59,988 bases of DNA, taken from assembly GCA_041082215.1 (NCBI GenBank), contig JBDOIF010000148.1, positions 1 through 59,988 on the forward strand, read 5' to 3'. Source of the stretch: Anaerolineae bacterium (GTDB taxonomy: Bacteria > Chloroflexota > Anaerolineae > B4-G1 > DUEL01). This document shows positions 50,071 through 59,811 of this stretch, piece after piece. The translations under genes and the position numbers were made by a program. A model generated the notes under the pieces. It had not been told where the DNA came from, made no database searches, and was given only the letters and a program-made list of their open reading frames with translations. Within the stretch, counting starts at the first letter, position 1. Every line of letters begins with the position of its first letter.

Positions 50071-52137
50071 CTAGAAGAACAGGATGTACAGCAGGGCAAA
50101 GGCGCACAGGAACATCAACACCTGAAGGAGGTAGTGCTGAACCTGACCGGTCTGCAGGACCTGGCGTAGCTCCCGGCCCGTGACCCCGATCACCTTCGCC
50201 GAGCCGTCCACCATTCCGCCGTCAATGACATAGGTATGGACCCAGCGATTGGCCACGCCGAGAAGCTCGCCCAGACGGGCCACGCCGTGGAGGATGCCGT
50301 CCACAAACCCCCGGTCAAACCAGCGGAAGACCGCGCCCGCCAGCCAGATGGTGGGGCGGATGAAGACCAGGTGGTAGAACTCGTCTATGTAATACTTGTT
50401 TCGCAGAAGGGTATGGACCGGCCCCAGCCAGCGGACCAGCGGGTCCGTCTGCCCGATCTGCAGCGGCCGCCATCCGTAGACCAGCCAGCCGAGCGTCAGG
50501 CCACCCAGCGCTGCCGCCACCGAGATGGCCAGCGGCACCGGGTTGAAGGGCAACGCCTCCGGCGGCTCGCCCAGCGTGGCGCCGACGAAGTGGTGGAACC
50601 AGTTATGCCCGATCAGCGGGCCCAGCACCGGGAAGTCCTCCGGCACGCCGACAAAGCCGAAAAACAGGGCGAACAGCGCCAGCACCACCAGCGGCCCCGT
50701 CATCACCCAGGGGGTCTCGTGAGCGTGGGCAGCGTGCTCCCCCCGCGGCTCGCCGAGGAAGGTCAGGCAGATCTGCCGCATCGTGTAGAAGGCGGTCAGC
50801 AGCGCGCCCGCCGCCAGTACCCAGAAGACCACCGGGTTATGCGCCCAGGCGTGGGCCAGGATCTCGTCCTTGCTCCAGAAACCTGCAGTCAGGATCGGGA
50901 AGCCGGAAAGAGCCAGGCCGCCAGCCAGGAAGGTCCAGAAGGTAATCGGCATCCGCTTCCGCAGCCCGCCCATCTCCATCATATCCTGGGCGTGATGGGA
51001 GCCAATGATGACCGACCCCGAGCCCAGAAACAGAAGCGCCTTGAAAAAGGCGTGGGTCAGCAGGTGGAAGGCCGCGGCGATGTAGGCTCCAATCCCCAGC
51101 GCCGCCACCATATAGGCCAGCTGGCTGATCGTAGAGTAGGCCAGCACCCGCTTGATGTCGTTCTGGGCCACAGCGATGGTGGCGGCGAAGAAGGCGCTGA
51201 AGGTGCCGATGATCGCCATCGCCATCATCGGCGGAGTGCCCGCCGCCTGTTCGAACCCCACCGAAAGCAGGGGAAATATCCGCACCACCAGATAGACGCC
51301 CGCTGAGACCATGGTCGCGGCATGGATCATCGCGCTGACCGGCGTGGGGCCTTCCATCGCATCGGGCAGCCAGACGTGGAGGGGGAACTGGGCCGACTTG
51401 CCCACCGTCCCGGCGAAGAGCAGGATCCCCACCGCCGCCGCCACCGACAGGCCGGAGATCACCGAGGGGGTGACGGCCAGCTCGTGGAGCACTGCCTCAT
51501 CCCGCAGGATGGCGGCAAAGCTCAGCGTGCCTGTCTGGGTGTACAGGTAGGCGATCCCCAGAAGCATAATCACATCGCCGATACGGGTGGTGAGAAAGGC
51601 CTTGATCGCCGCCCGGTAGGCCGAGGGTTTCTCGAACCAGAAGCCGATCAGCAGGTAGGAGCAAAGCCCCATAACCTCCCAGAAGATGAACAGGATCAGC
51701 AGGTTGTCGGCAACCGTCAGCCCGAGCATCCCTGTGGCGAAGAGGCTGATGTAGGCGAAGAAACGGCTGTAGCGAGGATCGCCGTGCATGTAACCCACAC
51801 TGTAGATAAAAATGGCCAGGCAGGTAATGGAGACGAAGAAGAGCGTGACCGCCGTCAGGGGGTCCACCATCACCCCCATCGAGAGCACGTGTTCGCCCGA
51901 CGGAAGCCAGGGCACGCTCACGGCGATCGGGTGCTCATACAACGCCTCCCCGCCCCACCCCACCACCGTCCAGAAGACCGCCTGGGCCATCAGGAAGGAG
52001 AGCGTCATCGCGCCGATGGCAATGGAGTGGCTCAGCCGCCTCCAGCGGTTAAAAAAGAGGACGATGAGGACAAAGGCCAGGAAGGGCGGAAGGGGGATGA
52101 AGACGGTCAGCAGTTCCAGCAGTTGACGGATGTCCAT
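50071..52137 (-). CDS. nuoL: NADH-quinone oxidoreductase subunit L
   Basis: Motifs FWEVMG, GKSAQFPLHVWLPDAMEGPTP, THAFFKALLFL and SKDEI. Confidence 0.95.
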   Translation of the reverse strand: MDIRQLLELLTVFIPLPPFLAFVLIVLFFNRWRRLSHSIAIGAMTLSFLMAQAVFWTVVGWGGEALYEHPIAVSVPWLPSGEHVLSMGVMVDPLTAVTLFFVSITCLAIFIYSVGYMHGDPRYSRFFAYISLFATGMLGLTVADNLLILFIFWEVMGLCSYLLIGFWFEKPSAYRAAIKAFLTTRIGDVIMLLGIAYLYTQTGTLSFAAILRDEAVLHELAVTPSVISGLSVAAAVGILLFAGTVGKSAQFPLHVWLPDAMEGPTPVSAMIHAATMVSAGVYLVVRIFPLLSVGFEQAAGTPPMMAMAIIGTFSAFFAATIAVAQNDIKRVLAYSTISQLAYMVAALGIGAYIAAAFHLLTHAFFKALLFLGSGSVIIGSHHAQDMMEMGGLRKRMPITFWTFLAGGLALSGFPILTAGFWSKDEILAHAWAHNPVVFWVLAAGALLTAFYTMRQICLTFLGEPRGEHAAHAHETPWVMTGPLVVLALFALFFGFVGVPEDFPVLGPLIGHNWFHHFVGATLGEPPEALPFNPVPLAISVAAALGGLTLGWLVYGWRPLQIGQTDPLVRWLGPVHTLLRNKYYIDEFYHLVFIRPTIWLAGAVFRWFDRGFVDGILHGVARLGELLGVANRWVHTYVIDGGMVDGSAKVIGVTGRELRQVLQTGQVQHYLLQVLMFLCAFALLYILFF

Positions 52138-52171
52138 ACTCCGTACTCCGTAGTCCGTGTTCTGTGGGCGG

Positions 52172-52480
52172 TTACCACTTCAGCAGATTGATCTCGTCCA
52201 CATCTACCGTTTCCCGGTTGCGGTAGATGGAGACAATGAGGGCCAGACCCACTGCAACCTCGGCGGCCGCCACAGCGTACACGAAGGCAGCGAACGCCTG
52301 GGCAGCCGGGTTGTTGGGGTTGCCATACCGCCAGAAGGCCAGCAGGTTGATGTTGACAGCGTTGAGCATCAGCTCGATGCCCATCAGAATGGCGATGGCG
52401 TTGCGCCGTGACAGCACGCCGTAAAGCCCCACACAGAAGAGAGCCGCAGATAGAACGAAGTACCACTGCACCGGGATCAT
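52172..52480 (-). CDS. nuoK: NADH-quinone oxidoreductase subunit K
   Basis: Motifs [17 protein letters not shown] and [10 protein letters not shown]. Confidence 0.95.
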   Translation of the reverse strand: MIPVQWYFVLSAALFCVGLYGVLSRRNAIAILMGIELMLNAVNINLLAFWRYGNPNNPAAQAFAAFVYAVAAAEVAVGLALIVSIYRNRETVDVDEINLLKW

Positions 52481-52978
52481 CTATCGCTCCCTCACAATCG
52501 CTATTGCGCCGATGAGCGCCATAACCAGAAGGACCGATGCCACTTCGAACGGGAGGGCGAACCCCTCCGGGTCAATCAATGCCAGGCCGAGCCAGTTGAG
52601 GCTGTCTTCCGGCACCAATCGGCTTGCCACAACCGGCGGCTGCTGCCAGACCAGCCAGGCCAGGACTCCCAGGAGAATCAGCGCCAGAAGCCCCGCCAGC
52701 CACCACTGATCGTTGACGCGGGGCATCTGCTGCCGCATCATCCCACGGGTGAGCATGATCGCGAAGATGATCAGGATGCCGATGGCGCCCATATAGACGA
52801 ACAATTGCGCCGCGGCGAAGAAGGGGGCCTCCAGCAACACATACAGCCCCGCCACGCCGAAGAAAGCCAGCAGCAGCCACAGCGCAGCGTGGAAGACCCT
52901 CCGCGCCACCACCACCCCCACTGCCGCGCCGAGAGCGATCAGTCCGAAGAGCAGGAAAAGAGCCTGTTGCAGCGTCAT
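52481..52978 (-). CDS. nuoJ: NADH-quinone oxidoreductase subunit J
   Basis: Motifs AAQLFVYMGAI and LPFEVASVLL. ATG 52978 overlaps the nuoH stop. Confidence 0.92.
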   Translation of the reverse strand: MTLQQALFLLFGLIALGAAVGVVVARRVFHAALWLLLAFFGVAGLYVLLEAPFFAAAQLFVYMGAIGILIIFAIMLTRGMMRQQMPRVNDQWWLAGLLALILLGVLAWLVWQQPPVVASRLVPEDSLNWLGLALIDPEGFALPFEVASVLLVMALIGAIAIVRER

Positions 52979-54210
52979 GCGCCTACCTCCAACTCTTCCA
53001 CCTGCGCCGCCTCCCAGGCCACCCGGCGGCGCTCCTGCCGCCGCTCCCCGGCGGCCAGCACCCCCCACGTCGCCAGGGCCACAACCAGATTGGCCACCAG
53101 GAGAATCCCGGCTCGCGTCCAGGCCGACGCACCGGCAGGGAACCACTCCGTGATCCCCCGGTTCACCACACCCACCACACAGAGATTAACCAGCGCCAGC
53201 GGGACCAGAAACTTCCAGTTAAAGGCCAGCATCTGGTCAATCCGCAGTCGGGGCAGCGTGATCTGAACCAGCATCCAGAGGAAGATCATCACCCCCATCT
53301 TGACCAGGGACCAGATCGTGCCCAGAATGGGAGCCTGGTCCACCCATGGCCCCCGCCAGCCTCCCAGGAAGAGGGTGGAAAAGATGGCCGCCACCGCCAC
53401 CGCATTCATGAATTCGGCCAGGTAGAACATGCCGAACTTCATGCCGCTGTACTCGATAAAGTAGCCACAGACCAGCTCCGACTCCGCCTCCAGAAGCTCG
53501 AAAGGCCGGGCGTTGACCTCCGCGAAACTGGCCAGGAGGAAAATCAGAGCGGTGACCGGCATCGCGACCAGGAACACAACGTCCTGCGCTCCCACAATGT
53601 CCTGCATAGAGAGAGAGCCGGCCACCATCACCACGGCCAGGATCGCCAGCAACTGCGGAATCTCATAGCCGATCAGTTGGGCCACAGCACGGAACGCCCC
53701 CACGGTGGCGTACTTGTTGTTGGAGGACCATCCGGCCATCAGGAAGACGACGAGGGCAGCGGAGGAGAAAGCCAGGATGTAGAAGATGCCGATGCTGAGA
53801 TCGGCGCCGATCAGCTCCCGGCCTGGGCCGAAGGGAATCACCGCCCATACCACCACCGAGGCGAAGACGACCAGGATGGGCGCCAGGTTGTAGGGGACGG
53901 GGTCAACCCCCTCGGGGCGGACATCCTCTTTGGTCAACATCTTGATGGCATCGGCAAAGGTCTGAAGGACCCCATACGGGCCGGCCCATGTGCCGGAGCT
54001 GTTGGGACCCAGCCGGCCCTGCATCCGGGCAGCGATCTTCCGGTAGGCCCAGATCAGGAAGATGACCACCACCAGGGGGAAGGAGGCAACAACAACCGCG
54101 CCGATGGCCTTCACCACCAACGCGGCTCCCATCTCGTCCATACCTGCACCGATCAATAACGATCGGAGCCAGGCCCCGATGTTGACGATCAAATTGGAAA
54201 GAAAGTCCAT
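52975..54210 (-). CDS. nuoH: NADH-quinone oxidoreductase subunit H
   Basis: Motifs RMQGRLGPN, ADAIKMLTKED, GWSSNNKY, EAESELV.G..IEYSG and PRLRIDQ. Confidence 0.95.
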   Translation of the reverse strand: MDFLSNLIVNIGAWLRSLLIGAGMDEMGAALVVKAIGAVVVASFPLVVVIFLIWAYRKIAARMQGRLGPNSSGTWAGPYGVLQTFADAIKMLTKEDVRPEGVDPVPYNLAPILVVFASVVVWAVIPFGPGRELIGADLSIGIFYILAFSSAALVVFLMAGWSSNNKYATVGAFRAVAQLIGYEIPQLLAILAVVMVAGSLSMQDIVGAQDVVFLVAMPVTALIFLLASFAEVNARPFELLEAESELVCGYFIEYSGMKFGMFYLAEFMNAVAVAAIFSTLFLGGWRGPWVDQAPILGTIWSLVKMGVMIFLWMLVQITLPRLRIDQMLAFNWKFLVPLALVNLCVVGVVNRGITEWFPAGASAWTRAGILLVANLVVALATWGVLAAGERRQERRRVAWEAAQVEELEVGA

Positions 54211-54255
54211 GGGACGGACCTCCTGGAAATAGGAATCGTCAGGCCACTGAGCCCT

Positions 54256-54612
54256 CTACATCCACTCCAGAGCGCCCTTTCGCCAGACGTACACCAGCGC
54301 TGCGCCCAGGAGCAGGACGAACAGGACCCCCTCGAGCACCGCGTAGAAGGGCAACCAGTTATAGACCACGGCCCACGGGAAAAGGAAAACGGCCTCTACA
54401 TCGAAGATGAGGAAGACCAGGGCGAAGATGTAATACTGGGCTTTGAACTGCACCCAGGACTCCCCATGGGGACGAAGTCCACATTCGTAGATTTCACTTT
54501 TGAGGGGGCTGGGGTGCTTGGGGCGAAGGAGCCATGAAAGACCGATCATCACACAGGCGAGGGCCAGGGCCACGACCAGCAAGAAGCCGACGAAGATGAA
54601 CGATCCCAGCAA
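54256..54612 (-). CDS. nuoA: NADH-quinone oxidoreductase subunit A
   Basis: Motifs YECG, FLIFDVEAVFLFPWA and KGALEW. TTG start after AAGGAGG. Confidence 0.93.
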   Translation of the reverse strand: MLGSFIFVGFLLVVALALACVMIGLSWLLRPKHPSPLKSEIYECGLRPHGESWVQFKAQYYIFALVFLIFDVEAVFLFPWAVVYNWLPFYAVLEGVLFVLLLGAALVYVWRKGALEWM

Positions 54613-54669
54613 GGACGGCCTCCTTGTTCGGTGAATAGAGATAACGCTACGTGGCTCAAAACAAGGCAG

Positions 54670-54697
54670 ATTATAGCATAATCCCAACAAAAGGCAA
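54670..54697 (-). promoter_or_regulatory. Sigma70 promoter of the nuo-atp operon
   Basis: TTGCCT-16 nt-TATAAT with TGn extension. Confidence 0.65.
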
Positions 54698-54736
54698 AAT
54701 CGGTTTTCGTTGTGGTAGTGTATCCCTGCGAGAATG

Positions 54737-54745
54737 TGCTATAAT
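54737..54745 (+). promoter_or_regulatory. Extended -10 promoter of the divergent gene
   Basis: TGCTATAAT. Confidence 0.55.
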
Positions 54746-54766
54746 GGGAAAAAGGGAGGGAAGCCT

Positions 54767-55351
54767 GTGGCCCAGCGCGGTGGCAACGCTTTTCGTCCCA
54801 GCACCGCTCCCCCCGATGCGGAGGTGCTGAACAACCTTCCCGGCCGCTATCCGGTGGAGGACTGGCGTGTGTGCTACTGGGCCGTCACGAGCGATGGCAC
54901 ACTGGTCGAGCACGCCGTCACGCTTCAGTTGCCGATCCATTACGCAGCCGTCTGTCCGCCGATACGGCTGGGCCAGCCCGGCTGCGTCCTCCGTGTACGC
55001 CGATGGGGAGTGGGCTGCAAACCCTCTCTGCTGGAACCGGCTGGCTTCGACCCTCTGGCCGTCGCCGGGGCCGGCGCCTCCGACGAGACGTTGATGTGGA
55101 TCTGCTTTGCCGCCACCCATTTTGACCTCCCTGGGGATTTCGTCATCGCCGATCCCGACTACCCTCTCCTCCTCTTCGACCCCCAGGGCCAACTGAAAGG
55201 CTCCTCGGTCTGGGGGATCAGCCTCCTGGGTGCACTGGCCTACCTGGCCTCCGATGGGCGCGTCGCCTCCGACTTCCAGCGGACCCGCCGGGAGGCCCCC
55301 GGCCTGTACCGGCAGGCAGTAGCACAGGCGCTGGCGGTGCTGGGGGGGTGA
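54767..55351 (+). CDS. Hypothetical protein
   Basis: GTG start after GGGAGG. No family recognised. Confidence 0.65.
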   Translation: MAQRGGNAFRPSTAPPDAEVLNNLPGRYPVEDWRVCYWAVTSDGTLVEHAVTLQLPIHYAAVCPPIRLGQPGCVLRVRRWGVGCKPSLLEPAGFDPLAVAGAGASDETLMWICFAATHFDLPGDFVIADPDYPLLLFDPQGQLKGSSVWGISLLGALAYLASDGRVASDFQRTRREAPGLYRQAVAQALAVLGG

Positions 55352-55415
55352 GGAGGGGATACAGGGACGCGGGGTACGAAGATAGGGAGAGTTTTACCAT
55401 AGAGGAGCCGACGAT

Positions 55416-56999
55416 ATGGAAGTAGAGGCGCTGATCCGGGAGCACGTGTCCATCGCCGAGCCGCTGTTTCGGGAGCATGCTCTGGCCCATTGGGCCGCCC
55501 ACACCACCGGCACCCCCCAGGCGCAGGAGGAGGCAGCCCGTCTCAGCGCCGACGTCATGCGGCTGTACGCCCGGCCGGAGCCCTTCCATCAGCTTTCCCA
55601 GCTCCGCCAGTCGCCCCCTGCCGACCCGTTGCTGGCCCGCCAGATGGAGCGGCTCTACCTCCAATACCTGACCGGCCAGCGTGACCCGGAGACTATCGAG
55701 CGGATTGCAGCTCTGGAAAAAGAGGTGCGGGCAGAGGTGGTCAATTACCGCCCCTTCCTGCGCGGACGGCCCGCCTCCGAAAACGACATCCTCCAGATCC
55801 TGCGGGAGGAGCAGGACCCGGCCCTCCGACAGGAGGCCTGGGAGGCCAGCCAGGAGATCGGCCCCCGCATCGCCGATCGGGTGCGGGAGCTGGCCCGCCT
55901 GCGCAACGAGGGGGCCCGCCGTCTGGGCTTCCCCGATTACTATCACCTGGCCCTGGTCGGTCAGGAATTCAGGCCGGAGGAGCTCGACAGCCTGCTGGAC
56001 CGGCTGGCCGAGGAGACGGAAGAGCCCTTCCGACAGGCCAAGGCAGCGCTGGACGACCGGCTGGCATCCCGCTTCCGCCTCTCGCCCGGCGATCTCCGGC
56101 CCTGGCATTACTCCGACCCCTTCTTCCAGCAACTGCCCGGCGATCCAGAGCTGGACCTGAGCCAATTTCTTGAGGGCCGCGACCTGGAGGAGCTGGCTAA
56201 GCGTACCTGCAAGGGGATGGGACTGGAGGTGCAGGACATCCTGGAACGATCCGACCTGTATGAGCGGGAAGGCAAAGACCAGCATGCCTTCTGCCTGGAC
56301 GTGGACCGTAAGGGGGATGTCCGCATCCTGGCCAACCTCCGTCCGGTCGAGCGGTGGATGGCGACCCTGTTGCATGAACTGGGCCACGGGGTTTACGATA
56401 AGTACATAGACCGGAGCCTGCCATGGCTGTTGCGCCGTCCCGCTCATCCCTTCACCACCGAGGCGGTGGCCATCCTGATGGGGCGGCTGGTACGCGACCC
56501 CCGGTGGCTCCGGGAGGTGCTGGGCCTGACGGCAAGAGATGTGGACCGCCTGGGGCCAGGCCTGGACCGGTACGAGCGGCTCAATTCCCTCATCTTCGTC
56601 CGTTGGGCGCTGGTGATGGTCCACTTTGAGCGGGCCCTTTACGCCGACCCGGAGCAGGAGCTGGACACCCTCTGGTGGGATCTGAAGGAGCGGTTCCAAC
56701 TGCTGACGCGTCCAGAGGGCCGGCACGCGCCGGACTGGGCAGCCAAGTACCATGTGGCGCTGGCGCCGGTCTATTACCACAACTACATCCTCGGAGAGCT
56801 GCTGGCTTCCCAGCTCCGGGACGGGATCGAGCAGCGGTTCGGCGGACTGGTGGACAGGCCCGAGGTGGGGGCCTTCCTGATCGAGCGCGTCTTCGCCCCG
56901 GGTGCTCGACTGGACTGGCGGGAGCTGGTCCGCTATGCCACGGGGCAGCCTCTTTCCCCTGCCTCCTTCGCCAGATGGGCGGTGGGGGCATCTGCCTGA
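55416..56999 (+). CDS. M3/M2-like zinc oligopeptidase (peptidyl-dipeptidase A-like)
   Basis: Motifs HELGH...TEA, PDWAAKYH and PVYYHNY. Confidence 0.88.
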   Translation: MEVEALIREHVSIAEPLFREHALAHWAAHTTGTPQAQEEAARLSADVMRLYARPEPFHQLSQLRQSPPADPLLARQMERLYLQYLTGQRDPETIERIAALEKEVRAEVVNYRPFLRGRPASENDILQILREEQDPALRQEAWEASQEIGPRIADRVRELARLRNEGARRLGFPDYYHLALVGQEFRPEELDSLLDRLAEETEEPFRQAKAALDDRLASRFRLSPGDLRPWHYSDPFFQQLPGDPELDLSQFLEGRDLEELAKRTCKGMGLEVQDILERSDLYEREGKDQHAFCLDVDRKGDVRILANLRPVERWMATLLHELGHGVYDKYIDRSLPWLLRRPAHPFTTEAVAILMGRLVRDPRWLREVLGLTARDVDRLGPGLDRYERLNSLIFVRWALVMVHFERALYADPEQELDTLWWDLKERFQLLTRPEGRHAPDWAAKYHVALAPVYYHNYILGELLASQLRDGIEQRFGGLVDRPEVGAFLIERVFAPGARLDWRELVRYATGQPLSPASFARWAVGASA

Positions 57000-57066
57000 T
57001 CTACGATAACCGCGGGCGCCGCATTGGGCTACCTGCCGACCATACAGGAAACTAAGGAGGTGTACC

Positions 57067-58041
57067 TTGCGAGTGCTGGAGTCGGGACTTGGCGAGCTGA
57101 TCCAACCCCCTGATCTGGACGCGTTCCGGGAATGGAACCGGGAGAAAAAGGCCCACGGTCTGGTAGATAAACTCATGACCGAACAGGAGGCCATCTCCCG
57201 GTTCGTTTATGACGGGTGCTACATTGGCACCGAACTGTACGGAACCGTCCGCTGCCCGATGAGCCTGGCGCGGGAGGTCGTCCGCCAGGGCAGGAAGAAT
57301 CTGCGGGTTGCCGGACAGGGTGTGCTGGAACTGGACCTCTGGCTGGGTGCCCACCTGGTCAAAACCCTGGACATCACCTACATCGGCCTGGAGGTCTACG
57401 GCACCTCCAACTGCCTGCGCCGTGAGGTGGAAAGCGGGCGGGTGGAGAAAGTCGTGGAGTGGTCCAACGGCGGCATCACCTGGCGCTTCAAAGCCACCGC
57501 TATGGGCGTTCCCTTCCTCCCCGTCCGGGCGATGCTGGGGAGCGATACGTTCAGGTACAGCGCGGCCAAGGTGGTGGAGTGCCCTTTCACCGGCATGAAG
57601 GTCTGCCTGATCCCGGCGCTGATCCTGGACGTGGGCCTCATCCACGTTCACCGGGCCGACCGGTACGGCAACTCCCAGATCGAGGGCATCAGCGGCTTTG
57701 CCTTTGAGCTGGCGCGCGCCTCCAAACGGCTCATCATCAGCGCCGAGGAGATCGTGGATACGGAGGAAATCCGCCGCTACCCGGACCGGACGATCATCCC
57801 CTACTACCTGGTGGACGCGGTGGTCCATGCCCCCTTCGGCTCCTACCCCGGCGAAATGGTCTACATGTACGAACGGGACGAGGAGGCTATCCGCGAGTGG
57901 GTGGAGGCGTCCAAAACGGAAGAGGGGACCCAGGCCTATCTGAACAGGTACGTCTACGGCGTCGCCAACCACCAGGAGTACCTGGAGCTGGTCGGCTGGG
58001 AGCGGCTGGAGCGTGTGAAAGCGGCAGTGGAGGGACGGTGA
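57067..58041 (+). CDS. Family I CoA-transferase subunit A (glutaconate CoA-transferase-like)
   Basis: Motifs GVPFLP, IHVHRADRYGN and HAPFGSYP. TTG start after AAGGAGG. Confidence 0.85.
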   Translation: MRVLESGLGELIQPPDLDAFREWNREKKAHGLVDKLMTEQEAISRFVYDGCYIGTELYGTVRCPMSLAREVVRQGRKNLRVAGQGVLELDLWLGAHLVKTLDITYIGLEVYGTSNCLRREVESGRVEKVVEWSNGGITWRFKATAMGVPFLPVRAMLGSDTFRYSAAKVVECPFTGMKVCLIPALILDVGLIHVHRADRYGNSQIEGISGFAFELARASKRLIISAEEIVDTEEIRRYPDRTIIPYYLVDAVVHAPFGSYPGEMVYMYERDEEAIREWVEASKTEEGTQAYLNRYVYGVANHQEYLELVGWERLERVKAAVEGR

Positions 58042-58811
58042 TGGGAACCCCGGACTACAACCCCACCGAACTGATGATCTGTCTGGCGGCCCGCCAGATT
58101 CCGGATGGCGTGACGGCCTTCATCGGCACCGGCATCCCCATGCTGGCCGCAAGCCTGGCCCAGAAGATGCACGCGCCGAACCTGATCCCCGTCTTCGAGT
58201 TCGGCGGGACCGGTGCCATATTGAAGCGACTCCCCCGCGCCGTGGGCGAAGGCCGCACGTTCTATCGCGGGCTGGTCGCTTCAGGTATCTGCGATACCAT
58301 GGAGACCGCCGCGCGCGGCTTCGTTGACTACGGCTTCCTGGGCGGCGCGCAGATAGACCCCTACGGAAACCTGAACTCCACCATCATCGGCCCCCAGCAC
58401 CATCCGCCCAAAGTCCGCCTGCCTGGCTCCGGCGGCGCCAACGATGTGGGGTCGTTCTGCTGGCGCACCATCATCATTATGCGCCACGACAAACTCCGTT
58501 TTGTGCCCAGGGTGGATTTCATCACTACGCCCGGCTACCTCACCGGCCCGGGGGCACGGGAGGCGGCGGGGCTTCCGCCTGGCACCGGCCCCTACCGGGT
58601 GGTGAGCACGCTGGCGCTGCTGGACTTCGATGAGGAGACAAAGTGGATGCGGCTCCTGGCCACCAACCCGGGGGTGACGGTGGAACAGGTGGTCGAAAAC
58701 ACCGGCTTCGAGCTGATCATCCCCGACAGGGTGGGGCAGAACGAGCCCCCCACGGAGGAGGAGCTGCGTATCCTGCGGGAGGAGGTGGATCCGGAGCGGT
58801 TCTATATTTGA
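58041..58811 (+). CDS. Family I CoA-transferase subunit B
   Basis: Motifs GTGIP, VFEFG (catalytic Glu), GGAQIDPYGNLN and RLPGSGGAND. Confidence 0.87.
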   Translation: MGTPDYNPTELMICLAARQIPDGVTAFIGTGIPMLAASLAQKMHAPNLIPVFEFGGTGAILKRLPRAVGEGRTFYRGLVASGICDTMETAARGFVDYGFLGGAQIDPYGNLNSTIIGPQHHPPKVRLPGSGGANDVGSFCWRTIIIMRHDKLRFVPRVDFITTPGYLTGPGAREAAGLPPGTGPYRVVSTLALLDFDEETKWMRLLATNPGVTVEQVVENTGFELIIPDRVGQNEPPTEEELRILREEVDPERFYI

Positions 58812-58818
58812 CATATAT

Positions 58819-58910
58819 AACCACAGAGACACGAAGGGCACAGAGTGTTGTACAGTCAATAAAGAGGGACACCTCTGCGCCTTCTCCGTGTTCTCCGTGT
58901 TTCTGTGGTC
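58819..58910. repeat. ACAGAG/CTCTGTG palindromic repeat between convergent genes
   Basis: ACCACAGAGACACGAAGGGCACAGAG...CTCCGTGTTCTCCGTGTTTCTGTGGT. Confidence 0.7.
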
Positions 58911-59625
58911 AAATCAGCGGCCACGGCAGGTGCACCCGATGCGGGTCCGGATGGGGGAAGCGGCGGAAGGACAGGAGGAACTCCAGCCGCTCCCCCAGTT
59001 TTTCTAGCTCTTTCGGCCTGATCAGCCGGGATAGCTGCCTCGCCAGAGGCCGACCGGCCCTCAGCTCCCCCTTCAGCCGGCGCAGGTCCTCCAGGTACGG
59101 GGCGGGGACCTCCTCCCCAGCGAAATCCCAGATGACGGTCCGCAGCTTTGGCTCGGCGTGGAAGGTAAGGGCGTGGTCAATGGCCCATATCCTCCCCTCG
59201 GGGTCCAAGAGCAGGTGCCCCCCCTTCCGGTCGGCGTTGTTCACCAGATGGTCGAACAGCGCCACGGGGAGCAGCGCTGCCCGGTGCTTCTCCTTCAGGG
59301 TGAAGTAGTTGGCCTCGGGGTCGGCTTCGATGAACTGCTGGACCACCCCCAGGCCGTAGGGGCCATCCCGGAGGACCGTGGGGGGGATGAGGGGCCAGCC
59401 CAGCACGTGGCTGAGACGGTAGGCAGCAACCTCCCGCAGACAAAGGGTGCCCCTGGGGAAATCCCACAGGGGATACTCCCCCGCGCGGGGCTTGTAGATC
59501 GCCATCCCCTCCCGGCTCCCATCGTCCACCCGTACCAGAAAGACCTGGTTCCAGGAGCGGTCCATCTGCCCCACGATCTCCAGATGGCCCCGGGCAAGCC
59601 ACCGAAGCGTCTCCTCCAACGACAT
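58909..59625 (-). CDS. SCO1664-family PI3/4-kinase-like protein
   Basis: Motifs IYKPRAGEYPLWDFPRGTL..REVAAY, NNADRKGGH and IDHALTFH..KLRTVIW. Confidence 0.88.
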   Translation of the reverse strand: MSLEETLRWLARGHLEIVGQMDRSWNQVFLVRVDDGSREGMAIYKPRAGEYPLWDFPRGTLCLREVAAYRLSHVLGWPLIPPTVLRDGPYGLGVVQQFIEADPEANYFTLKEKHRAALLPVALFDHLVNNADRKGGHLLLDPEGRIWAIDHALTFHAEPKLRTVIWDFAGEEVPAPYLEDLRRLKGELRAGRPLARQLSRLIRPKELEKLGERLEFLLSFRRFPHPDPHRVHLPWPLI

Positions 59626-59811
59626 CAACGCCCTCCGCGACCTCTGCAGGATGAGCTTCAGCTTATCCTGCAGCAGTGCAGGATGATACTTCTGTAAGAG
59701 AAATCGCGCAAGGCCTGCTTTTGCGGTATAATACAATGGACGTGACGGCTGTGGCGATACCGTAAAATGTCAGGCGTCAGACGTCAACCGTGGATTGCTG
59801 GGGAGGAAGTT

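Noticed and set aside
44904..52480. Mrp antiporter or hydrogenase membrane module instead of Nuo
   Set aside because: nuoA, H, J and K are present with Nuo-type motifs, and there are no mrpE/F/G or hydrogenase subunits.
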